NCBI GenBank assembly: GCA_049719955.1
Contig: JBNARC010000004.1
Span: 16,782-80,781 of the forward strand
DNA length: 64,000 bases
Direction of reading: 5' to 3'
From: Moorellales bacterium
Lineage (GTDB): Bacteria; Bacillota; DSM-521; Neomoorellales; SLTJ01
Shown piece by piece: positions 53,298 through 61,971 of this stretch (positions are counted from its first letter, which is position 1; each line of letters opens with the position of its first letter). A model generated the notes under the pieces. The model did no database searches. It had not been told where the DNA came from and saw only the letters and a list, made by a program, of their open reading frames with translations. Position numbers and translations under genes: made by a program.

Positions 53298-54010
53298 GGC
53301 CACAAGGAAAGAGCCGGGAGGAGAATAGGTTGTGGGGGAGGCCCATTAGTAGCCACTCGTTCCCGGGTGACCCGCGTTTCTTTCTGCTGGTAGCAGTGTT
53401 CTTCCTGGGCGGTCTGACGGCGGGAGCGGCGGTAGTTCACAGCCTTAACGCCGAACAGAGCGCCGAACTGAGCCAATTCCTGGACCTCTCGCTAGCGGGG
53501 CTGGTCTCCGGCAGTCTCGAAGGAATGGCTTTGGTCCGTAAGGCCTGGGGTCAGAACCTGAGTTACGTCCTTCTTCTAGGATTTCTTGGATTGACGGCAG
53601 TGGGAGTACCGGCGGTCTTGGCTCTGCTGGCCTGGAGGGGCTTCACGCTGGGCTTTACCGTGGGCTTCCTGATTACCGACAAGGCGGGTACCGGCCTGCT
53701 GCTGTCGGCTTTGGCGGTACTGCCGGCCAACGTCTTTTACGTACCCGGTTTCCTTTTGGTGGGTACGGGAGCGGCAACCCTTTCGTGGCATCTGATGCGC
53801 GGGGGGCGGTTCTCTTTCCCCTTGAGTTGGTGGGAGCAGTTTCGCAACTACCTGGCGGTAGTGGTAGTGGCCATGCTCTTGGTGGGCGTTGGCGGTTTGA
53901 TAGAGGCTTATGCCGCTCCGGCGGTCATACGCTGGCTACTCTCCCCGCTTCTGCCGGGAGGAAGGATTTCGGATCTCGGCGTGGAACTCATGTTAGGACT
54001 GGGGCAGTGA
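53294..54010 (+). CDS. spoIIM: stage II sporulation protein M
   Basis: It is a five-helix membrane protein with 'WRGFTLGFTVGFLI' and 'LPANVFYVPGFLLV'. The likely true start is TTG 53330. Confidence 0.78.
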   Translation: MRPQGKSREENRLWGRPISSHSFPGDPRFFLLVAVFFLGGLTAGAAVVHSLNAEQSAELSQFLDLSLAGLVSGSLEGMALVRKAWGQNLSYVLLLGFLGLTAVGVPAVLALLAWRGFTLGFTVGFLITDKAGTGLLLSALAVLPANVFYVPGFLLVGTGAATLSWHLMRGGRFSFPLSWWEQFRNYLAVVVVAMLLVGVGGLIEAYAAPAVIRWLLSPLLPGGRISDLGVELMLGLGQ

Positions 54011-54011
54011 A

Positions 54012-54920
54012 ATGGCAGAAGAGGGAAGGACCATGGAAGTTTGGGTAGATCGGTTCTTGCACTACCTGGCGATTGAGCGCGGTTTGGCCGAGAACTCGCT
54101 GGCCTCTTATCATCGAGACCTTCAACAGTATTTGAGCTTTCTGGCCGAACGGGCGGCCGGGGTAGAAGAGAGTACCACGGGTCTGGTTTTGGCCTATCTG
54201 GGAGAGTTGGAGCAGAAGGGCAGGAAACCATCTACCATTTCCCGTCACCTGGCCAGTCTGAAGGCGTTTTATCAGTTCCTATTGCGAGAACAAGTGGTGA
54301 GTCGCGATCCTACCGCGGAACTGGAGGCTCCGCGGATTGGGCGGCGTCTTCCCAGGGTCCTAAGCGTGGAGGAAGTGGAGTTCCTGCTGGGGCAGCCTCA
54401 AACCGGCCGGGCCGCCGGCCTACGGGACAAGGCGATGCTGGAACTATTATACGCCACGGGCTTTCGGGTGTCGGAGCTGGTATCCCTGAACGTGGGGCAG
54501 CTTAACCTGGATCTCGGCTTTGTGCAATGCGTTGGCAAAGGGCAGAAGGAACGGGTAGTGCCCATGGGTTCGGTAGCGATTTTCTGGCTGCGTCGTTACC
54601 TAGAACGGGGTCGGCCCCAACTGGTTAAGGAAGGGGGAGATATGGAGGCCCTGTTCGTAAACCACCAGGGTCAGCGCCTCACCCGCCAGGGTTTCTGGAA
54701 GATCCTCAAGAAATACGCCCGCAAGGCCAACCTGGATACCAACATTACGCCCCACACCCTCCGACATTCGTTTGCCACCCACCTTCTGGAGAACGGGGCC
54801 GATCTCCGGGTGGTGCAGGAGCTCCTGGGTCACGCCGACATTGCCACTACCCAGATCTATACCCACCTAACCAGGCGTCACCTGCGGGAGGTCTACCGGC
54901 TGACCCATCCCCGGGCCTAG
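54012..54920 (+). CDS. xerD: site-specific tyrosine recombinase XerD
   Basis: Contains 'RDKAMLELLYATGFRVSELVSL' and 'HTLRHSFATHLLENGADLRVVQELLGHADIATTQIYTHL'. Confidence 0.92.
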   Translation: MAEEGRTMEVWVDRFLHYLAIERGLAENSLASYHRDLQQYLSFLAERAAGVEESTTGLVLAYLGELEQKGRKPSTISRHLASLKAFYQFLLREQVVSRDPTAELEAPRIGRRLPRVLSVEEVEFLLGQPQTGRAAGLRDKAMLELLYATGFRVSELVSLNVGQLNLDLGFVQCVGKGQKERVVPMGSVAIFWLRRYLERGRPQLVKEGGDMEALFVNHQGQRLTRQGFWKILKKYARKANLDTNITPHTLRHSFATHLLENGADLRVVQELLGHADIATTQIYTHLTRRHLREVYRLTHPRA

Positions 54921-54938
54921 CCTACGGGAGGTAATGGT

Positions 54939-56123
54939 TTGGCTCGCGCGGCGGTAATAGTTTTGGACAGCGTAGGCGTTGGGGCTTTACCGGATGCGGA
55001 CCGATACGGAGACGCGGAGGCCAACACTTTGGGGCATGTCGCCGAGGCGGTAGGGGGGCTAAATCTTCCGCATTTGGGCCGATTGGGATTGGGCAACATC
55101 GTTCCCATAAGGGGAGTGAGGCCCGAACCTTGTCCCCGGGCGCATTACGGAAAAATGGCCGAGCGTTCAGCGGGTAAGGATACTACTACCGGACATTGGG
55201 AATTGATGGGATTGGTGACCGAGCAACCCTTTCCGGTATATCCCCAGGGCTTCCCCCCCGAGATAATCGAACCCTTCGAAAAGGCCATCGGTCGGCGGGT
55301 GTTGGGGAACCGTCCGGCTTCGGGCACCGAGATCATTGCCGAGCTGGGGGAAGAACACCTGCGAACCGGCCGACCGATAGTCTATACCTCCGCAGATTCG
55401 GTTTTTCAAATTGCCGCCCACGAAGAAGTAATATCGGTAGAGGAGCTCTACCGGTACTGCCTTTTGGCCCGGCGTCTGCTCACCGGCAAACATGCGGTGG
55501 GCCGCGTAATCGCCCGCCCCTTTCTCGGTCGGCCGGGGTCCTTCTATCGCACTTCCCGACGTCGGGATTTCGCCCTTCCTCCCCCTCGCCCCACCCTTCT
55601 GGACCGCTTACGGGAGCAGGGGCAGGAGGTGATAGGCATAGGAAAGATCGAGGACATCTTTGCCGGCAGGGGCTTAACCCGGGCCTATCATACCGAGGAT
55701 AACGCCGACGGGATGGAGACCACCGTGAAGATCCTTCGGCAACCTTTTTCCGGTTTGGTTTTCACCAACTTAGTGGACTACGACATGCGTTACGGCCACC
55801 GAAACGATCCCCAAGGTTATGCTCGGGCTTTGGAGGAGTTCGATTCCCGGCTGCCCGAACTCCTTTCCGTGTTAGGGGCCGACGACCTTCTGATAATCAC
55901 GGCTGACCACGGCTGTGACCCCACCACCCCCGGCACCGATCATACCCGGGAATACGTACCTATACTGGCTTGCTTGGAGGCCTCGCAACCGGGCCGCGAC
56001 CTAGGTACCCGGGAAACCTTCGCCGACGTGGCCGCGACTTTGGCGGAGATGTTCGGCCTAGCGGCCCCGGAAGTGGGGACAAGCTTCTGGGGAGAGATGC
56101 ACAACGGACTGGACGGTAATTAG
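54939..56123 (+). CDS. deoB: phosphopentomutase
   Basis: Contains '[15 protein letters not shown]', '[10 protein letters not shown]' and 'TADHGCDP'. Confidence 0.92.
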   Translation: MARAAVIVLDSVGVGALPDADRYGDAEANTLGHVAEAVGGLNLPHLGRLGLGNIVPIRGVRPEPCPRAHYGKMAERSAGKDTTTGHWELMGLVTEQPFPVYPQGFPPEIIEPFEKAIGRRVLGNRPASGTEIIAELGEEHLRTGRPIVYTSADSVFQIAAHEEVISVEELYRYCLLARRLLTGKHAVGRVIARPFLGRPGSFYRTSRRRDFALPPPRPTLLDRLREQGQEVIGIGKIEDIFAGRGLTRAYHTEDNADGMETTVKILRQPFSGLVFTNLVDYDMRYGHRNDPQGYARALEEFDSRLPELLSVLGADDLLIITADHGCDPTTPGTDHTREYVPILACLEASQPGRDLGTRETFADVAATLAEMFGLAAPEVGTSFWGEMHNGLDGN

Positions 56124-56157
56124 CGAAACGGTTACCCATCTTGAGCCCCGGCTGGGG

Positions 56158-56922
56158 TTGTCACCTCAAATAGGCCTGGTTTTAGGCTCGGGCCTGGGTG
56201 AGGTTGTAGAATCCCTAGAAGTCAAGGTTACGGTGCCTTTTTCGGAAGTACCCCATTTTCCGCCTGTCACCGTACCCGGACACCAAGGGCGACTGCTGGC
56301 GGGATATTGGGGGCGCTGGCCGGTGTTGGTCTTTCAGGGGCGATTTCACTACTACGAAGGCTATTCGCTGGCCCAGGTCACTTTTCCGGTACGGATACTG
56401 GCGGCCCTGGGGGCCAAGGCGATCATCCTCACCAATGCCGCCGGTGGCTTGCGCGAGGATTGGCGGGTGGGCGACCTCATGCTCATCCGCGATCACCTGA
56501 ACTTTATGGGGGACAATCCTCTGCGGGGTCTTACCGATCCGCGACTGGGGCCTCGGTTTCCGGGACTAGGCGAGGCTTACGACCCGGAACTGCGACGCCG
56601 GGCCAAGGCGGCGGCCGAGCGGCGGGGTCTTCCCCTGCGCGAAGGAGTTTATGCGGCCGTGCCCGGCCCCAGTTACGAAACCCCGGCCGAAGCCCGTTTT
56701 CTTCGGGCGGCGGGGGCGGACGCGGTGGGCATGTCGACGGTTCCCGAGGTAATTGTGGCCCGCCAAGTGGGACTACGGGTATTGGCTGTTTCATGTTTGA
56801 CCAATATCCTCTTCGCTTTTGAGGCTGCGGATCACGAAACCGTAGTGCGCCGGGCCCGGCAGGGTTCCCTCGCCTTGGCGGGGTTGCTGGAGGAGTTTTT
56901 AAGGGAGTTGGAAGAATTATGA
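56158..56922 (+). CDS. punA: purine nucleoside phosphorylase (PNP-I/PunA type)
   Basis: Contains 'GLVLGSGLG', 'GHQGRL', 'GRFHYYEG' and 'VGMSTVPEVIVA'. The N-terminus appears shorter than usual, and the start is uncertain (TTG 56158 or CTG 56152). Confidence 0.88.
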   Translation: MSPQIGLVLGSGLGEVVESLEVKVTVPFSEVPHFPPVTVPGHQGRLLAGYWGRWPVLVFQGRFHYYEGYSLAQVTFPVRILAALGAKAIILTNAAGGLREDWRVGDLMLIRDHLNFMGDNPLRGLTDPRLGPRFPGLGEAYDPELRRRAKAAAERRGLPLREGVYAAVPGPSYETPAEARFLRAAGADAVGMSTVPEVIVARQVGLRVLAVSCLTNILFAFEAADHETVVRRARQGSLALAGLLEEFLRELEEL

Positions 56923-58226
56923 ATCTAGGGGCGGCGGAACTAATCGGGCGAAAGCAGCGGGGGGAAAAGCACACCCCCGAGGAGATCGCGTTCCTGGTGG
57001 AAGGTTACCTGCGAGGGACGGTTCCCGATTACCAAATGGCCGCCTGGTTAATGGCCGTATACTTCCGGGGTCTGGACTCGGAAGAGACTTGGGCCCTAAC
57101 CCGTTTACTGGTGGATTCGGGAGAGGTTCTTAATCTAGAGTCGGTTCCAGGAATCAAGGTGGACAAGCACAGTACGGGCGGAGTGGGAGACAAGACCACT
57201 CTGGTAGTAGTTCCCCTGGCGGCAGCCTGCGGGCTGACGGTGGTGAAATTGGCCGGCCGCAGCCTGGGCCATACCGGTGGCACTCTCGACAAGTTGGAGG
57301 CCATCCCGGGAATGCGGGTAGAGCTCTCTAGGGAAGAGATTATCTCTCAGGCCACCCGAATAGGAATGGTGCTTGCCGGCCACACCGCCGAACTGGTTCC
57401 TGCCGACCGCAAGCTCTACGCCCTCCGTGACGTTACCGCCACCGCCGAATGCCCTCCCCTCATTGCCGCCAGCATTATGAGCAAGAAAATTGCCGGGGGC
57501 GCTCAGGTTATCGTGCTGGATGTTAAGGTGGGAGAAGGAGGTTTTTTGCCTGGCCTGGAAGAGGGCAGGAACTTGGCTCGGGCAATGGTAGAATTGGGAA
57601 GGAGGGCCGGGCGTCCTGCGGCCGCGGTGCTGAGCCGCATGGACCAGCCTTTGGGCCGGGCGGTGGGCAACGCCCTAGAAGTAGAGGAAGCGGTGGAGGT
57701 ACTTCAGGGACGGGGACCGGCGGACGTAAGGGAGCTTTCGCTGGTGTTGACTTCCCAACTCCTAGTGCTCGCCGGCAAGGTCGAGAACCTGGAGAAAGGC
57801 CGGGAGCTGGCGGAGGAAGGTTTGGACCAAGGTCGGGCCTGGGAGAAGTTCAGACAACTGGTGTCGGCGCAAGGAGGCCGGGTAGAAGTTTTGGAAGCAG
57901 GAGGGTTGGCTCAAGCCCGTTATCGGGTGCCAATTGTGGCCGCCCGCGAGGGTTATGTACAGAAGGTGGCCGCACGCTCCGTGGGAGAGGCGGCCCGGGT
58001 CCTGGGTGCCGGCCGGCAGGCCCTGGGCCAGGCGGTAGACCCGGCGGTGGGCATAGTAGTTCTGGCCAAGACCGGCGATTACGTTACTGCCGGCCAACCC
58101 CTGGCGGTTATTCATGCCCAGGACCGGGACCGGGCCGAGACCCTGGCCGGGCACCTGGCTTCAGCCTGGGAAATTACCGAGTATCCTCCCCCTTACCGTC
58201 CCCTAGTATTCGAATATTGGAGTTAG
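56919..58226 (+). CDS. pdp: pyrimidine-nucleoside phosphorylase
   Basis: Contains 'VDKHSTGGVGDKT' and 'GRSLGHTGGTLDKLE'. Length is 435 aa. Confidence 0.92.
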   Translation: MNLGAAELIGRKQRGEKHTPEEIAFLVEGYLRGTVPDYQMAAWLMAVYFRGLDSEETWALTRLLVDSGEVLNLESVPGIKVDKHSTGGVGDKTTLVVVPLAAACGLTVVKLAGRSLGHTGGTLDKLEAIPGMRVELSREEIISQATRIGMVLAGHTAELVPADRKLYALRDVTATAECPPLIAASIMSKKIAGGAQVIVLDVKVGEGGFLPGLEEGRNLARAMVELGRRAGRPAAAVLSRMDQPLGRAVGNALEVEEAVEVLQGRGPADVRELSLVLTSQLLVLAGKVENLEKGRELAEEGLDQGRAWEKFRQLVSAQGGRVEVLEAGGLAQARYRVPIVAAREGYVQKVAARSVGEAARVLGAGRQALGQAVDPAVGIVVLAKTGDYVTAGQPLAVIHAQDRDRAETLAGHLASAWEITEYPPPYRPLVFEYWS

Positions 58227-58300
58227 TACGTTCGGCGCTTCCGCATATTTGCCACCTTCCGGTGTCAAGCTGATAGTGTAGGAGTTCACGCCGGGAGGGA

Positions 58301-59485
58301 ATGGTTTTGCGCCGGGCTAAGTCATACCTAACCGGGCTGTTGTTAGCCGCTCTGCTCCTCGTGCCGGGCTTCGCCGCCGCAGCCGAGGAAACGGCGACGC
58401 CCCTGCGAGTAGAGGGGAAGGGGGCGTTGTTGATGGAGGCCGAGGGCGGAGACGTACTGTTTGCTCAAGAGGCGGATACAAAATGGTATCCGGCCAGCGC
58501 CACCAAAATAATGACCCTAATCTTGGCTCTGGAGGCGGTGAAGCAAGGCCGGGCGAGTCTTGACGACAAGGTAGTAACCAGTGAACATGCCGCCGGTTAC
58601 GGGGGATCGCAAGTTTGGCTGGAACCGGGAGAAATCTTCACTCTGAGGGAAATGCTTCTGGCCATAGCCGTGGGTTCGGCCAACGATGCCAGCGTGGCGG
58701 TAGCCGAACACCTGGCCGGATCTGAGGCCGCCTTCGTAGAACAGATGAATGCCAAGGCCCGAGAGATAGGGGCCACCAATACCCATTTTGTAAACTGTCA
58801 CGGACTGCACCACCCCGACCACTACACCACGGCGAGAGATTTGGCGCTAATGGCCCGCTACGCCGTCCACCAAGTTCCGGAAATTCTGGATTTCACCTCG
58901 GTGAAGGAGTACACTTTTCGCGAGAAACCCAGGCTGGTACTGTACAACACCAATAAGCTTCTTTGGTGGTATCCCGGGACTCTGGGGCTTAAGACCGGCA
59001 CCACGCCCGAGGCCGGGCGTACCTTGGTCACGGTGGCGGAGCGGGACGGTCTAAGGCTGATCGGCGCGGTTCTGGGCGTAGACCGGCCTCGCGGCCATTT
59101 TACCGAGTCCATGAAGCTTCTAAATTTCGGCTTCGCCCAGTACCGGTGGCAGGAATTCTTCCCCGCCGGGACCACCGTGGGAGAGGTCAGGGTAGCCAAA
59201 GGGGCGGGCGCTAAGGTAGCGGCGGTACCGGAGCAAAGGGTAGGAGTGGCCCTCCGCAAGGACGGCCGGGAAAAGGCGGAGGTTCGGGTAGAGCTGGAAG
59301 CGGAAGTAGCGGCTCCGGTGCGGGAGGGACAGGTCGTGGGTACGGTAGTGATCCTGAAGAACGGTCAGGAGGTACGGCGGGTGCCATTAGTGGCCTCAGC
59401 CGAAGTTCCCCGGGCTACTCTTTGGCAGGAGATGGGAAGAACTTTAACCAGGCTACTGATTATTGGAAATACTGGTACCATCTAG
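58301..59485 (+). CDS. dacF: sporulation-type D-alanyl-D-alanine carboxypeptidase (S11)
   Basis: It has a signal peptide, the 'PASATKIMT' SxxK motif, 'SANDA' and 'KTGTT'. It lies directly upstream of the spoIIA operon, as dacF does in Bacillus. Confidence 0.88.
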   Translation: MVLRRAKSYLTGLLLAALLLVPGFAAAAEETATPLRVEGKGALLMEAEGGDVLFAQEADTKWYPASATKIMTLILALEAVKQGRASLDDKVVTSEHAAGYGGSQVWLEPGEIFTLREMLLAIAVGSANDASVAVAEHLAGSEAAFVEQMNAKAREIGATNTHFVNCHGLHHPDHYTTARDLALMARYAVHQVPEILDFTSVKEYTFREKPRLVLYNTNKLLWWYPGTLGLKTGTTPEAGRTLVTVAERDGLRLIGAVLGVDRPRGHFTESMKLLNFGFAQYRWQEFFPAGTTVGEVRVAKGAGAKVAAVPEQRVGVALRKDGREKAEVRVELEAEVAAPVREGQVVGTVVILKNGQEVRRVPLVASAEVPRATLWQEMGRTLTRLLIIGNTGTI

Positions 59486-59511
59486 CAGGAATTTGGCTTC
59501 CTCCGGCGAAT
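59485..59511 (+). promoter_or_regulatory. sigma-H-type promoter of the spoIIAA-spoIIAB-sigF operon
   Basis: GCAGGAATT (59485-59493), an 11-nt spacer, then GGCGAAT (59505-59511). This matches the consensus RNAGGAWWW-N11-12-RNNGAAT with no mismatch. Confidence 0.55.
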
Positions 59512-59548
59512 CCCCGAAGCTAAGAAGGGCAACTACGGGGGGAGCAAA

Positions 59549-59902
59549 GTGCGGCTGGATTGCATGGTCTGGGGTAGAAACTTGGTAGCCCGGCCGGTGG
59601 GCGAACTGGACTTGGCGGTAGCCGATCGGTTCCGGGCCGAGTTGGAACACTACCTGTCGATTGGGGAGGTTAGGAACCTGGTTCTGAACCTCTCCCGAGT
59701 TTCTTTTATTGATAGTTCCGGCTTGGGGGTGATTCTGGGCCGCTATCGCTACCTGCGCTCTTTGGGCGGGCAGGTGGCCATCGTGCGCCCCTCCCCGCCC
59801 GTGAATCGGCTGCTGGAGCTGGCGGGCCTGCACCGACTAATGCGTTTTTACAACAGCGAAGAGGAGGCGCTGGGGAGTCTGGAGAGGGGGAGCGGAGAAT
59901 GA
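59549..59902 (+). CDS. spoIIAA: anti-sigma-F factor antagonist SpoIIAA (STAS)
   Basis: Contains 'GELDLAVADRFRAELE' and the phosphorylatable 'FIDSSGLGVILG'. Confidence 0.9.
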   Translation: MRLDCMVWGRNLVARPVGELDLAVADRFRAELEHYLSIGEVRNLVLNLSRVSFIDSSGLGVILGRYRYLRSLGGQVAIVRPSPPVNRLLELAGLHRLMRFYNSEEEALGSLERGSGE

Positions 59903-60351
59903 GCAAGATATTGAATAGCATGCGGCTCGAATTCTTGAGTCTGAAAGAGAACCTGGGCCTGGCCCGAGTGGCGGTGGCCTCCTTCGCCTCGCAGTTAGAG
60001 TTTACCCTCAACGATCTGGAAGAAATAAAGGTGGCGGTGTCGGAGGCAGTAACCAATGCTATCGTGCACGGGTACCAGAACCAGGCCCTGGGTTTGGTGC
60101 GTATTGTTTGCAATCTTTACCCTGACGCCTTGGAAATTCTGATCTGCGACGAGGGAAAGGGTATGGAAGAGGTGGCGGCGGCGCTGGATCCTGCCCGGGC
60201 GCGAGAAGGCGACCACGTGGGACTGGGGTTCGTTTTCATGCGCTCTTTCATGAGCGAGGTGCAGGTGGATTCTGCCCCCGGTCGGGGAACCACGGTAAGA
60301 CTGGTCCGGCGCCTGGCCCAGCCGCTGGGAGCGGGCGTCGGCCAAAACTAG
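59899..60351 (+). CDS. spoIIAB: anti-sigma-F factor / serine kinase SpoIIAB
   Basis: The start overlaps the spoIIAA stop. Contains 'EAVTNAIVHGY', 'DEGKGM' and 'GLGFVFMRSFM'. Confidence 0.92.
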   Translation: MSKILNSMRLEFLSLKENLGLARVAVASFASQLEFTLNDLEEIKVAVSEAVTNAIVHGYQNQALGLVRIVCNLYPDALEILICDEGKGMEEVAAALDPARAREGDHVGLGFVFMRSFMSEVQVDSAPGRGTTVRLVRRLAQPLGAGVGQN

Positions 60352-60360
60352 TGACGGACC

Positions 60361-61134
60361 ATGCCCGGTTCGCTTTCGGATATGAACCTTCCCCGGTTCC
60401 CCATGCTCACCGAGGAGCAGACCCGAGAGCTTCTCAGGCGCGTCCGGGAGGGTGATGAAGAGGCCCGCCAGACCCTGATAAGTTGTCACCTTAAACTGGT
60501 CTTTAATCTGGTCCGGCGTTTCGAGCACCGAGGCTATGACCTGGAAGATCTGTTTCAGGTGGGAACCATCGGCCTCATTAAGGCCATCGACCATTTCGAT
60601 CTCGGTTACGAGGTGCGTTTCTCTACCTATGCCGTGCCCATGATCGTGGGCGAAATCAAACGGTTCTTGCGAGACGATCACCCCGTAAAAGTAAGTCGAG
60701 CCCTACGAGAAGTGGCCTGGCGGGTGCACGAGATGCAGCAGAGACTTAGTCGGGAGCTAGGCCGGGAGCCTTCGGTGGCCGAACTGGCCGAGGCCCTATC
60801 CATGCCTCGGGAAGAAATTGTAGCCGCCATGGAAGCCCTGCAATTACCGGAGTCCATTCACGAAAAGATTTATGAGGATGACGGCGATCCTTTATTGCGC
60901 CTGGATCAGTTGGCCGAGAATCGAGAGGCGACTTGGTTCGACAAAATTGCCATAAAAGACTTAATTAGGCGTCTACCGCCCAAGCAGCGGCAGGTAATTG
61001 TACTTCGGTTTTTCGCCGATTATACCCAGACCCAGGTGGCACAGATAATGGGACTTTCCCAGGTACAGATCTCTCGCCTGGAAAGGCAGGCCCTGGCCAA
61101 TCTGCGCAAGCTCCTGGAAGGGCAAGAAGGCTAG
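60361..61134 (+). CDS. sigF: sporulation sigma factor F
   Basis: Contains 'LVFNLVRRFEHRGYDLEDLFQVGTIGLIKAIDHFD' and 'TQTQVAQIMGLSQVQISRLERQAL'. Confidence 0.93.
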   Translation: MPGSLSDMNLPRFPMLTEEQTRELLRRVREGDEEARQTLISCHLKLVFNLVRRFEHRGYDLEDLFQVGTIGLIKAIDHFDLGYEVRFSTYAVPMIVGEIKRFLRDDHPVKVSRALREVAWRVHEMQQRLSRELGREPSVAELAEALSMPREEIVAAMEALQLPESIHEKIYEDDGDPLLRLDQLAENREATWFDKIAIKDLIRRLPPKQRQVIVLRFFADYTQTQVAQIMGLSQVQISRLERQALANLRKLLEGQEG

Positions 61135-61143
61135 CTGCTCCCG

Positions 61144-61173
61144 GCATATCCGACGCAGCAGCCGCAGATAATA
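61144..61173 (+). promoter_or_regulatory. candidate forespore (sigma-G/F-type) promoter upstream of dodecin-spoVAC
   Basis: GCATA (61144-61148), an 18-nt spacer, then GATAATA (61167-61173). Compare the consensus GnATA-N17-18-CATAnTA. Confidence 0.35.
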
Positions 61174-61210
61174 CAGACGCCAACACCGTTTGAATTAGGA
61201 GGGAAAGGTT

Positions 61211-61417
61211 GTGCACGTAAAAGTGATCGAGCTGGTGGGGGAATCACCTAATAGTTGGCAGGAGGCGGTAGAGAATGCGGTGGCCGAGGCCGCCCGGACC
61301 ATACCTAACATCAGTGGGGTAGAGGTCTACAACCTTACCGCCAACGTATCCAACGGTCGGGTAACCGAATACAAGGCTAACGTAAAACTGGCCTACACCG
61401 AGGGCGCTCCTCGGTAG
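61211..61417 (+). CDS. dodecin-family flavin-binding protein
   Basis: The 68-aa protein reads 'KVIELVGESPNSWQEAVENAVAEAARTIPNISGVEVYNLTANVSNGRVTEYKANVKLAY'. Confidence 0.85.
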   Translation: MHVKVIELVGESPNSWQEAVENAVAEAARTIPNISGVEVYNLTANVSNGRVTEYKANVKLAYTEGAPR

Positions 61418-61428
61418 GCAGGGAACGG

Positions 61429-61914
61429 GTGAGGCCCGTGCCCCAACCTCTGGATCGGCAACTTCGCGATCAGCAGCAGCATTACGACCAGATATCTTAC
61501 CAAAAATTAGTAGGACAAGTAAAACCCAAACCCCCGGTGGTGAGGAACGCGTTAGCCGCCTTTCTGGTCGGAGGCAGCCTATGCGCTCTAGCTCAGCTTT
61601 TTACCCTGATGCTGTTGCGGGCGGGTCTGAATGCGGCAGAAGCGGCACCCGTTACTGCCATGGTTATGGTTTTCCTGGGTGCCTTCTTGACCGGCCTGGG
61701 AGTTTACGATAACCTGGCGAAGTGGGGGGGAGCGGGAGCCATGATCCCCATCACCGGGTTTGCCAACTCCATAGTGGCTCCGGCCATGGAGTTCAGGCAC
61801 GAAGGATTTGTGTTTGGCGTGGGAGCGCGACTGTTCACCGTGGCCGGACCGGTCTTGGTGTACGGTCTGGTGGCGTCGGTATTGGTGGGGTTGCTGGCCT
61901 GGTTAAGTCGGTAA
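61429..61914 (+). CDS. spoVAC: stage V sporulation protein AC
   Basis: Contains 'NALAAFLVGGSLCALAQL' and 'ITGFANSIVAPAMEFRHEGFVFGVGARLFTVAGPVLVYG'. Confidence 0.88.
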   Translation: MRPVPQPLDRQLRDQQQHYDQISYQKLVGQVKPKPPVVRNALAAFLVGGSLCALAQLFTLMLLRAGLNAAEAAPVTAMVMVFLGAFLTGLGVYDNLAKWGGAGAMIPITGFANSIVAPAMEFRHEGFVFGVGARLFTVAGPVLVYGLVASVLVGLLAWLSR

Positions 61915-61971
61915 CCGCGTTGCCCGTGAGGAAGGCAAGTAGGGACCCGGCCGAATCGGGGGAGGGGTTCG

